64,000 bases of DNA from Ginglymostoma cirratum (taxonomy: Eukaryota). Made by a program: the position numbers and the translations under genes. The notes below the pieces were generated by a model that saw only the letters and a program-made list of their open reading frames with translations, was not told the origin of the DNA and searched no databases. The stretch spans positions 31,917,940 through 31,981,939 of the forward strand of contig JAHRHZ010000046.1 of assembly GCA_024137785.1 (NCBI GenBank), given 5' to 3'. Shown in pieces: positions 50,031 through 61,960 of this stretch; the first letter of the stretch is position 1; each line of letters opens with the position of its first letter.

Positions 50031-52350
50031 TGTTCCTGGAGGTGGCACTAGCGTAGGTATTTTTGATGTTACCAATTCTGCTGTAAGTGTACTGATGATG
50101 TCACGTAGGCATTTCAGAAGTTTAAACTAAAAGTCCTTCTTTCATTCAAAAGTTTTGTTTTTAAAGGCACTGGTAAACAGAAAAGGGCCAGTTGCATCCT
50201 TCTGTGGCCAGGAGAGAACAGGCTTACTTTGTTTTACGAACTCGGAGCTATTTGGGAGTGGCAATTAGAACTCAGACAAAATCTTTTAAAAATGAATCCC
50301 ACATCTCCAGGTAAAAACCAAATCACTGGATCCACCAGTACCAATTTCAAAGCCTGAGGCAGAAAGCAAACAAGATTGAAACATGTTGCCAGACAATGTA
50401 AATTCAAGATGGTCACTAACAGTAGCTCATTTTGGGCTCTCCACACCCTGAAGCACAAAAAGACTTCATTAGAAGGAACAAGTTAATGATATTGTAGATT
50501 GTAGACACGGCAGTCACGAGAAAGGTTTTAGGATTAATGCAATGAGCCAGCAACAGGACTACACATTAGACAGCGAGAGAGAGAGGCAGGAACTAACCAC
50601 ATAAATTCACAGATTGAGGGAAATGTTTCACAAACTGAATAGCTTATGGAAAATCCAATCACTGGAAAAAAATTCTGCTGACAAAGAGAGAAGTTATCAG
50701 AGACAAAAAAAAAGAGCCAATGAAGACAGAAAGAAACCAATACAGGAAGGAAAGAAACCAATAGTCATACCTTGAATTATGGCAATGAGTTTGAGTACTA
50801 AATAGGGAGTGGAACCACATGATTCCATGAAATGGCTGGATGCAACATTTCTCAGAAAAAAATTCTCACATCCATTTATATTCAGGAAGAGAATGAGAAA
50901 TAAGTCCACAACACTAAATTTGAAGTTTGATCATGGAACATGGAGTAATATTATTATGCTCTGGCTATACCAGAAGGTCTTTCCTGAAAATCTGATAGAA
51001 AATTAATACCCAAGGAAAGATGCTCTGAAATTCAAAAACATTATGTTAATGTCTCATAATTTTAGAGCTAAGAATAACCTACTCAGCGACAGACACAGAA
51101 CATACAGTTAGCATCTTTTCCTCGATGTCATTGAAACAAGTGTTCCTGCTATCTTGGGTTTAAGCAGTTACAAATAGCTGTGACTTATCAAAATAAATTA
51201 ACACGTGAAGGAGACAATACTGAAGATTAAGGTGGTACATGCATTTAAAAGTACCCTCCTGCAATCAGAAGTGAACAACATCTGGTACAAATACATCTAG
51301 TGTTTTAATAAGATGATTGGATACTTTGAAGATTTTGTGTGTCACATTGCTATTAATTCAGTGTAGAAGTTAGTGATTTAACCTCCAAGTAAAGTTCCAA
51401 TAAAATTAAAAGAAAAACTTGAAAGACAACTCCAAATAATGAAGAAAAAGGAAGTGGCTGGCTCAGTCAGAGCTGAAAGATTGGGTAAGTTTATTTGTGG
51501 CAAGACACAACTCAAATGAATGGCCAAGAATTTGCCTGGCTCCAAAGATGGCTACCATGCAATAGAGAAAAATTATTATTCTACTTCAACATAGAAAGGG
51601 CACTGGCAGGGCAGAACAGGTTCAGCAAACTTAATGTCAGAAATGGCTTCTGAAACATGTAGCTGGATAAGGAATCTTCACCATTGATAACATTCAACAC
51701 ACATCAATTAGGTTTTGGCTTTAAAGTGAGCTGGAATATATTCCAACAGTAAATAGATGAGGCAAACAGAAAGAAGCAGTTATAGATGCCATAACAGATG
51801 ATATCCAGATATATGATGTCGACAAAAAAAAAACATGTTCGGCATCTTCCTGAAACCATGAAGAGAACTAAGAAAGCCGGGATCAAGCTATATAGTCAAA
51901 TGCAGTTGGGAGGTGACAGAAATCAGTTCTGTGGAATGGTGTACACACCTGACTGAGTCAAACTTAGTCCTGAAAAGTTCACAGGTATCTCTGACATGGA
52001 AGCTCCAAGAGAGACAAGAAAAAGTTGAGGAGTTTCCTTAATTAGATCCAGTACACGAATTCCTTCAAATTTAATGTCAGACACACAGCAAGCCTATATA
52101 AGCCCATGAGAGATTTGCTTAAGTACCAACAGTCAGGGTCACATGAGAGAAGTTTCAAAAAAAATCAAAGTAGGAGGACACAACAAAACAGGCTTGCCAT
52201 ACCACAACAGAAAGAAACCTAGCACTCTGCAAATAACTGTTTCTGCACAAGAAACCTGCCAAAATACATTCAGACTTTTCAACAACATTCAATGTCAATT
52301 CAGACCTAGAAAAACGAGATTGGAATAAGTGGGACAGAGAAATCAAGACA
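50031..52350 (+). mobile_element. Decayed Gypsy-type LTR retrotransposon (possible short LTR and PBS, protease-RT remnant)
   Basis: 51040-52130 translate to VPAILGL, PPSKVPIKLKEKLERQL, DWVS..RICLAP, FSKLNVRNGF, LITFNT, AITDDIQIY, KAGIKL, FCGMVY and LRSFL, which are Gypsy RT motifs. LTR and PBS-like tggtaaacagaa at 50171 are tentative. Confidence 0.8.
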
Positions 52351-52439
52351 ACTCAAAAAAAAACAATAAATTATCATAAACAACAATTAAAATCTAAATG
52401 AGACAACAAACCTTTTATAGAGAATTTTCAGTGCTAGAG

Positions 52440-53020
52440 ATGTTTGGTATGAAAGGTAAGAAACTAGACTGACAAGAAGTGGGAAATGATATTTACAAGA
52501 ATGGATTATGGGACCCTGTTGTTCATCATTTACATAAATGATTTGGACAGGAGATTTGGACATGTAAGTACAAAATTTGCAGACTTTGAAAGTGGGCACG
52601 TGAGTGAAAATGTTTCAGTATAGATAAATGTAAAATTAAAGATTTTGGTAGGGAAAACAAACAAGCCACATGCTCCTCAGAATGCAAATTTGTAAGTGCG
52701 ACAGTGAGACAGAGGAATCAGAAAACACGAATCACTAAAGGTAGCAATGGGGTTCATGACCAGGGAGGTTGAACCATACAGCAATTATAGAAAAGGATAA
52801 GAACGCGCTGGAAAAGGTGAAACAAGGTGTAATATAATGGTACCAAAATTGAAAAGCTACTGGAGAACTTGAACAAGCTGAAGCTCTTTTGCTCTATAAA
52901 AAGGTAACGTGACACGAGTGTCTGAGATTGCCATGAGACTCGATAGAGTAGACATAGAGATGTTCATAGTTATGGGGAGACCAGAACTAAGGGCCATGCA
53001 AACGTTAGTCACTAATAAAT
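52440..53020 (+). mobile_element. Decayed CR1-type LINE fragment
   Basis: GPCCSS/LFIIYINDLD..KFADF remnants. Confidence 0.6.
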
Positions 53021-55079
53021 CTTAAATCGGAATCTTATCTCCCGGTCCCTGCAAGAAATTTCAAAAAGATGGTTCAGGATCTTTACAGTGGCATGAACGT
53101 GAAAGGCTAGTCCCACCCTTAGTAATTCTACCCTTGACAAATGTAAAGTTACACTTAAAGCCAAATAATATGCTAGTTAAATAGTGAAAATGCTGGCATG
53201 TGAAGACCAGCAAAAGCATAAATATTGCAATATTTTGAAATAAAAGAGTTCATCCCAATTATGCACAACACCTAACAAATAATGAGAAATCAACATCCAC
53301 TCAATATCATCTCTTATGTGGCATAGCAATAGCATGCAACAAGGGGTAAGCGAATGTCTTTAACAAAATAGACTTTGGGAACTGCCTTGAGGAGTTAGAA
53401 GTATTTGGAAAATTTTGATTGGCACTATTTCATGTAAAATAATATGTAAAATATTCACCAGCTGGAGTGTGAGCTCTATGAGAACAGGTATCACTTAAAG
53501 TATCAAGTCAAGTTTGTGGCAATGATTTATGTCTGCATTTATTGTGGGTTTGAATGTATCCAGTGCCAAGACGTAACATATGGGTGAGAATTTCTTACTT
53601 TACAAATGGAGAATTAACAAAATGGTTATTACTGGTAATGATATTGATGATGAGTGTTACTGACGAAAATGAAAAACACAAATGAAGGGATGAAAATATA
53701 CTGCAAGATAATGAAGCAAATTCATTTAGACAAGGTAAAATTGGTCTGGCCTTCCAATTCTAATCACTATCCAATGATCCTTATTAAAGTACAGATATAT
53801 GAAACACAGTGTCGGGTTGCGTTGTGTCATTACAAACAACATCATCTTCAGATTAAAATAATGATAAGATATCACCTGGAGAAGTAACACTTTCATGAAA
53901 GAGGGAAAATGGAAAACAAATAATAGAAAATGCGCACAAAGGAAAAGTGGATTGAATTCAAACCTCAGAAAAATAATTAAAATCTGATAAACCAATATAA
54001 TACCAGCTGTAGTATATATACAGAACTGGTTATTCCCTGATGGGGGAACCCTAAATTGAATGTTGAAGGCTGCAATTTTAGAAAGTAAATCTTTCGCCAA
54101 GCAAAGGAGCTTCACGGAAGATAAACAACTAAATACAAGAACAGACAATGTTTGCATGCTAAAATGCTCAAGCTGAGAGGATATTTTGAGGTCCCTCAAT
54201 TGCAAACTTATTTATCAGAAAATTGTTAGTCAAGGCATCCGACAGTAAGATGAACACATGCATCTTGCACAGCAAGTAGTTATTCACTGTTACAGTTGTT
54301 AACTGCTAGCAATGTTTTTGATGAATTATGAAAGAATTGCTATCATTTAGATCAAAGTTGTTATTACCACATTATAGTCTGGAGCATTTAACCACGCGCT
54401 AGCCTTGACAACTATGCTTGTGGCCAGTATCATATAGGTATCTCAGGTGTCAACAAATCAACTTACATTTATAAACTGTAATTAACTTAGTAAAACATCC
54501 CAAGGCAATTGCAGATCACAGGGCATCTTGGTGGCATCCACTGAAGTGAACCTTCCAGTAGTGGTCCCTGGAAACCATGAGAAATGAGGATTCTGACTGA
54601 CTTTGCTTCAGTAAACTCAGTTGATGTTGGATGAGCTTGGGAAAATGGCAGCACTCGTACTCACATACATATTACATCCATTTTGTGATGGCATTCGTCA
54701 AAGCAAGTACACCATAATGGACTCAATGCGCAACATTTTGGATTGTTGTGAATACTAATTTTGTTCAGAAAACTAAAAGATTAAGGTCATTTAGATTTAC
54801 TGTATAGTATGCAGGCTGAGGCAGTAACTGTAAATTATGCTCTTACAGAACACGACTGAAATTAATTGCTGCAATTTATTACATTTTGTTTAAAATCAGT
54901 TTGCACTTTACAATGTACTGTGATCACACATCTGCGAACAGATATAATAAAGGACCAAGACCCAGATGGAATTTCTTCACTGACATAATAAATGGTGCAG
55001 GATTATTCATTTGCAAAATGCTAAACCTTTTGTTTTGCAATATAGTGCAATACAAATGCGTTTGACTAATAACATTTTG

Positions 55080-55420
55080 TCAAAATGTTGCCCTGATTCT
55101 CCAGCAGGTAACATTCATGCAAAGCAGTAGTCTTTAAATGTGAAGTTTCTGCTGATTGCAACACTTTTTTCTTCCATTTTGTGGCATGTCGCTCTTCTGA
55201 TTATCAGAAGCTAGGACAAAAAGCCTGTGCGATCTCAATAATATCTCATCCAATGTGATGGTTTTCTTCAAAAGACCTTCAGCACATTCCTTGACCTTGT
55301 GCTACATTATGAACAGTTCTGCCATACTGAAGGAAACTTCTTCACCGTCATCAAGAAACAGATTAAGTTGAGGATAGAATTTTTCCCAAAGAAACTGTTT
55401 AGGGTAACATCAACCCTGGC
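55080..55420 (-). mobile_element. Possible L1/Tx1-clade ORF2 linker remnant
   Basis: KFYPQL...*HKVKECAEGLLKKTITLDEI resembles the FY..LY...P.V...L..PITLxE pattern that precedes the Tx1/L1 RT domain. Confidence 0.35.
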
Positions 55421-56281
55421 TGTACCAGAAGCTCTGTAATGGTAGGCTCCCCTCTCAAGTTCATTGAACTACTTGTTCAATATTGGACAGAACATTCTTC
55501 CTGCTTTGTGCAAAGTCCCAACACAAGTTGGAACAGGATTCCGACAACACAACAGAGCTGCACACAGGACTTTGTTGGCTGATCAGAGCATTTATTCAGT
55601 AGTCCTAGACTCTGAAGTAACTAACCTAACAGGCTATCTTCTGTGATCATGACCCCAAGTAAACTGTTCTGTCTCCTCCACGCCGAAGCCTAATATGCCC
55701 ATCAACTCATAAAGCACCATATAGAAGTTGTAGCTATTTGGTAATCAATTTCTACATTATGCACACAATCCCAGTTTACCTAGACTAACACTCAGTACAG
55801 TAGGTTAAACATTAGCAACTTGCATTTATTCAGTATCTTGAAGTTTGTAAAATGTCCAAAATTGCTCTACAGAAGCCTTATCTAAGCTAATACGAGGAGA
55901 GATTAGGCCAGTGACCAAAATTCTTTCCAAAGAGATAGGTCTTAAGTAGCTTCATAAAGGAGGAGAAGCAGAGATTAACACAGGAAATTCAAGAGCCTTG
56001 GTTATCAATGATGGAGTGATTAAATTTGGGATGCACAACAGGCCAGAACAAGAAATGTGCAGAGACCTTGGAGGGTTTAGATTTGCAAAATACTTCCATG
56101 AAACAAATAAATGGCAATACAAGTATGTCAATGGAACACTGCTTTGAGTGCTAGAAAACTTAAGTCAGCTGCATTGCAGCAGATTCTTGACAAATGCAAA
56201 TGCAAGGTTCAGGTGATGTTGTCCGTGAATGTAAAAGGCTCATTTAAGAATCTGCAATTTGAACAAATTACACAGAATATT

Positions 56282-56287
56282 TTTATT
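56282..56287 (-). terminator. Candidate distal polyadenylation signal of TBC1D22B
   Basis: AATAAA on the minus strand at the far end of a repeat-poor ~3 kb stretch following the stop codon, followed by TG-rich sequence. Confidence 0.3.
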
Positions 56288-58089
56288 TGCATATTAAGTC
56301 AGCATCACCATAAACCAAATCTGAGAACTAGTAAATAACAGCACTGTTCCCGTCAACGATGTGCCATCATTATTCTGCTAGAAGCCTTGAATTCATACTT
56401 CTAAGTTAGCTTTTTAACTGTCTATTAATCCAAAAATATATGTATATCAATTTTACTTGGTGCAAAAACAGCAACTTAGTTTTAGAAAACATTGCCATAA
56501 AGCTTTCAGTAATGTTTTACAATGAGATACTGCTCAGGGATATACTTTTTAATACTTGTGTAAAAATGCTTCTTTCAACAATTCTTCACTTTGACAATGA
56601 AGAATAGCTTTTTCTAGCTATTGAGAGTTCTGTATGATTGCTATTTTGCACATTCAATTTCAGAAGGGATTAAGTATGTGCTACTCTGTGCTTTAGAATT
56701 GCACTTTTCCATTTTATATGCTGTAAAAATATTACATCTGTAATTGCTTTTACTGCACCAGGTGTATTTAGTATTCATACTCCAGTGAGTATTAAAAAGA
56801 TGCATTTCACAGATTAACCTGAAACACATCCGATACTCTTACAATTCCCAAATACTGCAAAAAGTGCCGTGGCAATGAATGCCCATTTGGAATACTTTGA
56901 ACACAAAGTTGTTGAAATGAATTGCACGCTCCTATTACATAGCAATCATGAAGCCAAAAAGAGGACATTACAAGAGTTTCCTACACCTGAAGGAGTGAAA
57001 CACCAATCTTTTAACAATTGATCACGTTATTGTTAAACATAAATAACAAAACACTATAAACTAATTCTAAAAAGGCTTTTCTGATAGTTAAGAAAAAAAG
57101 CTTCTTCTGAAAATCTCTCGATCATTCTGAACTTTCACAGATGATGCCATGTTGTTGATCGTGAACTTTAATGAGTAATTGTTTGTGTCTCAAACAGGGA
57201 TCCTGGAATGACAATATTTTGATGTTCTATTCTGGAACATGAATCATTATTGCTTATTTTTACCGCATGACAATGGAAGTAAACATTTGAGCACAACCTT
57301 TCAGCAAACCTACCTTAAATTAAAATTAAACAGATTTTGATTGATTAAAAACAATTACAAGGAAATTGTCTTCACGTATTGTTTTGTGCTTGTTCAGTAT
57401 TTAAATATATTGGTTTTATTGATATTGCAGACTGAGCACAGTTTCAGCTTTTCAAACATATTCTAGCTGCCAGTAATCATCTCAAAATAATTGTTACTAA
57501 AAACATACATCAACTTCCATAAGGCATTTCTCCAAATAGCGGTAGCTTGATAAGGAACGTCAAGACATTAGGTGAAAATTTGCTGAACAAAGATACTTTG
57601 TTGACATTTTCCATCGATTTAAGAGGGGGCTGGGGCAGAAGGGTTCAACTGTAATCAAAAGGGTCTTTCTGATCCACAAATGCAATATCAAGATCAAAAC
57701 AAACACCCTCAAGCAAAATGATCAATCATCTCAGTCATCGATTTTTTTCCTGGGTTGATAACAGGCAGACTTGAAACATAATGGAACCCAGGATAAATAC
57801 TCTAAAGCTGGAACAATGTGTGGAAACTCCATCTAAAATGCCTGTCAAAAAAAAATTGGCGTCATTTATACACCACTAATGTGTTGAACGTAGCGAAGAA
57901 ATTTGCCTGTAGTATCTGTTAAATGCAGACATGACATTCCAGCATTTGTTAACTGGTCTGAAATTATTGCACAAAATTCTCAGCACTTTTTCCCCCAGAA
58001 GAGAATTCGAGCAACTTATGCCAAAATAAAATCAATGAATTTGTGAGGTTAAACCACCATTTTTAAACACCAAAGATTTTATCCTGTGG

Positions 58090-58123
58090 TTTATTTCAGT
58101 TACAGATCACAGTAGTATTTACA
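58090..58123 (-). terminator. Candidate proximal polyadenylation signal with an upstream Pumilio element
   Basis: Minus strand TGTAAATA (58123-58116), then AATAAA (58095-58090), then GT/T-rich sequence (tctttggtgttt). Confidence 0.45.
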
Positions 58124-59195
58124 ATAATGTAAGTAGTATATCACAAACAGCCTCAGCACTGCACAATTCCTAAACTGAACTGTGAATGTTTAACTGCAAT
58201 GGTTAAGTATCTGAATCACTTTAGCAGAAAGCAGACCTTCGGGCCTCTCTGATGTTGTCCCTGGGGGAAAGAGAACAAAAGACGACCATGGCATGACAAA
58301 GACTGTATTTTACAATTCCTGTATGTGAGACAGCCACAGAGAAAAGGCGCAATGATAGTGTCTTTGGTATATTAGAGCACGGTTGAATGACTGAGCATCA
58401 CTGTAACTGGAAAGAAACAATCCAATAGAAAACTAATTAATTTTCAACCTTAAACCATTCTATACAAGAAATATTACATAATTGATCTTAAAACAACATT
58501 TCATTTGAAGACAAATATTTCAGATATTTAGCAATAGCAGACTTTAATAGAGAGGTCATAAATAGTTCACTTATGGGTACATTTCATTAATGTCAGGCAC
58601 TATTTCAACTTCTGTAAACGGCCATAGGAAATCAACAGTGATTTTATAATCTTACTGCCTGAAGTTAGTTTTCTTTTCTGGATTCAAATAAGTTATTTTG
58701 AAGAGTGTAGATGACGATACTTTGTGATTGGGCTGTTTCCTTGAATTTTGACAACCCAAAAGGTTTTTCAACTTCCTATATTGCGTGGCACAATTATATT
58801 TGCTATGGCCTGAGTTAAGGCAGAATCTTGAGCTCCAAAGCATCCTGACTAAAAATAAGAAGGGCCAAATAAAAATAAAGCCAATCCTCAAGGATATTTG
58901 GAAAGCCTCAGATACCATTATATTCAAAATATCCTATTTTTAAGCAAAAGAACTTGACTATCTCTTCATCATTAGTTTACCCTTTAGCAATGGCAGCTTG
59001 CCTGCAGTTTGATATAATTGCGGTGAAAAATTTACATAAAATTGATACTTCTTTTGTTTCTAAATCAGCAAAATAACTCAATTACTGCATTAAATACAAC
59101 ATGCCAAGTCCAAATGAATGGGGTTAAAGTTATAACAAAGAATTGAGATACAGATGAAAAATTAGCACTTTCATATTTAAATTTCATTCTTCTTT

Positions 59196-59324
59196 TCATC
59201 GTTTGTAGTGATTTGGTGCATCTGCAAATGCATATTTCAGTCTGTAAGCCTCTGCGAGAAGAACACTGATTTCCTCGTTCCCCCAGTGCATTGTGGGTAA
59301 ATTCTGAAGAAGAATCATCAGTCC
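59196..59324 (-). CDS. TBC1D22B: TBC1 domain family member 22B (Rab GTPase-activating protein), last coding exon; upstream exons lie beyond the window
   Basis: Acceptor tcttttcctgttgcag followed in phase 0 by GLMILLQNLPTMHWGNEEISVLLAEAYRLKYAFADAPNHYKR*. This matches the TBC1D22 C-terminus; GL..LLQNLPT.HWGNEE and RLKY favour paralog B. Confidence 0.88.
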   Translation of the reverse strand, partial: GLMILLQNLPTMHWGNEEISVLLAEAYRLKYAFADAPNHYKR

Positions 59325-59999
59325 CTGCAACAGGAAAAGAAAAGCAGAATGAATAACAGTGGCAGAAACTGTGAGATTCTTCAGAGCAGAAATGGTTCGG
59401 GAAATCTTAGAGTTGCATATGTTGCAATTTGAGCTCAAAATCATGAGTGTGTGCAAACTGAAGCAAAAGATTCATACGTGAAATGTGCAGAAAACTACAT
59501 CCATAGCGATGTAATTTATAGAACCAAACATTTAGGAAATAGTCACAATCTGAAAAAATCTGAATGCTGAAATGATGCTGCGTGTAAGGTATTAGCCTGA
59601 ATTCAACCTTCAGCATCCATGTGATATATTTCTTGACATTGCTTTTGTTTTTCAAATACCAAGAAAATTCAAAGTTGATAACTACCATATTTTTCCATGA
59701 TGAAATGTAACAGCAGCAATGGGCCATTCGGCTCTGAGCCTGACACATTAATATGCTGATCCTCATCTCCATGGAAGAGTCTTGATAAACAAATGGCTTT
59801 CTGCAAATTGCACCACCCAGTGTTATCAATGCTAACATAAAGTTGAAATATTTCTGTGTCATTTACTTGCTGTGTTCATGAGCTAGACAGATGATCAATT
59901 AGAACATCTCTAAGTTAGACTATCAGCAGTTCAGAGTGACAAGCTTTTCTGCAAGTCCCAATTAAAATTTCAGTCTATTTTACTCATTTGCTCTCATTA

Positions 60000-60830
60000 C
60001 AATGAATCATATGGAATATATAAGACAAACACAAAAAATTATCCTTTTTTGGCCCATTCCAGTATTTATGTTTGAAGCTCTTCCCAGCTTCTTCATTTAA
60101 TCATTATACTACAAATCTTATATTCCATCCTTTACTATTTATCTAGCTTGCCCTTACATGAAACTATTTGCCTCAACTACTCTACAATCTGAGCACATTT
60201 TGCGTAACAGTTTCTTTTAACTTCCCTTTGGATTTATTGATCATTGTTTCATATTTATGAATCTTGGTTTTGGACTCCCTGCACATCTACATTAATAAAC
60301 CCTTTTGTACCCTTGAAAATCAATCAGGCTATCCCAAACTTATTTTTTATTTAAAAAGAGGAGTCCTATAGCTTGTTCAAACCTTCCAAATAGGCATAAT
60401 CTTGCAACCTGATATCATCTTTGCAAACTGTTTTTGTACCAGTGTCTACATCTTTATGACACTGATGAAAAAAAAAGCTTTAAATGATCATTTGCCAAGA
60501 GCAGACGATTAGAGCAAACCTACATGGAATTCAGAAAGTACATGACATGTCTGGCCAATTTACTGGATTATTTAAAGGCTAAAAACATAGTGGATAAGGA
60601 TGAAACAATGGGCATTATCTAGATTTCAGGAAGACATCTGACACTGTCCTACTTAACAGACTGATTCACAAGGTAAATGACCATGACAAAAGATCACAAA
60701 GTATTACACTAAATTCATATGTTGCTGAAAGATCGACTAAGGAGGCTTGTGGGTCAGGAAAAGGAGGCAGAGCAGAAAAATTATTAGTAGCCATTGTCAG
60801 GACCAGTGTTGTTTATGCTTTCTTTACAAC
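60000..60830. mobile_element. Two highly decayed CR1-type fragments (minus ~60000-60450, plus ~60480-60830) in the TBC1D22B intron
   Basis: YLDFRKTSDTV-like remnant near 60617 and CR1 3'-region similarity. Confidence 0.45.
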
Positions 60831-61329
60831 TTGAGGGGAAGAAATATTCTAAAATGGTACCTTCAAGTACAAGTGGGAATGTCACAGTAAATGCTGACAG
60901 AGCAGAAACAATTCATGAAGAGGTTCAGTGATCACAGGTAGTGAAGCTGGTGAGGTCACATTGAGAGTACTGGGTTTATTTGTCACTTTTTTCGATCAAA
61001 GGAAATTGTTTCCAAGATGATGAATGCAGGCCTATTATTTTGAGAATCACTGCAGGTGGTTTGTACGAGTAGACTAAACAGATCAATGCTTCTATCCGAA
61101 AGTGGTAGTATATCACAATGCAATGTACAGACAGATCTTTGGACCCCAGTTCACTAAGGAATTGAAATTTATGTTTCCAGACTGTTCCTTCTTTAACTCA
61201 CATTTCTACCATAACAGATCACAGAAAGAAGCTACCATCCACCCACTCCTACCCCCCATCCAAACTGAAACATCTGTGTAATACATGTACTCTGCCATTC
61301 TGTTCAATGTGAGAGGCCTCTGTCTTAGC

Positions 61330-61960
61330 TTAGTGGCAGCAATCTTGTCCCTGAATCTGATAATTATAGATTTTTGCTCTGTACTAGAAAGTTTAGAATA
61401 TAATCTCAGCCAGCATTGAAGGCAATGTAGCACTGTTAGCAGTGCTGTCTTTCAGATGAGATGTTAAACCAAGATTGCGTCTGCACTGTCAGATGGATGT
61501 AGAACATCCCAAACAAATTTGAGCGCGCACGCCAAGGAAGCTCTCACAATGTTCTCTGCATCAGTATTCCTCAACCAATGTCACTAAAGCAGGAAAATAA
61601 AACAATGAATGACAGATGCTCAAGATCTGAACTAAACAAAAGCTGGAGAAACTCAGCAAGTCTGACAGCGTGTGGGGAGAAAGCAGAGTTATCATTCCTA
61701 GTCCAATGACCCATAACTGTATTCTCTCCACAGATGCTGCCAGACCCGCTGAATTTCTCCAGTGATTCCTGTTTTTGTTTGTTTCACTAAAGCAGGTCGT
61801 GGGATCAGTTATTTAATTGCAATTAGTGGGGAGTTTAGTGCATGAAAATTAGCAGTTACACTTTCTACAAAACAACAGCAAATACACTTCACTGTAATTT
61901 AATTTGTTGCAGTGTGTTTTGGGAAGCCTTAAGATCATGAATGGCACTAGACAATTTCAA
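61330..61960 (+). mobile_element. Deu-domain SINE interrupted by a Penelope-derived fold-back (61594-61783)
   Basis: SINE core gtgctgtctttcagatgagatgttaaacc. The insert is flanked by a perfect 13-bp TSD tcactaaagcagg (61581-61593, 61784-61796). Confidence 0.8.

Noticed and set aside
58345-58400. Box C/D snoRNA-like ATGATA...CTGA
   Set aside because: Imperfect C box, too short, no terminal stem, and not intronic on that strand.
59325-59456. N-terminal part of ORF 59196-59456 as coding sequence
   Set aside because: It lies upstream of the splice acceptor at 59325-59326 and is intron read-through with no TBC1D22 similarity.
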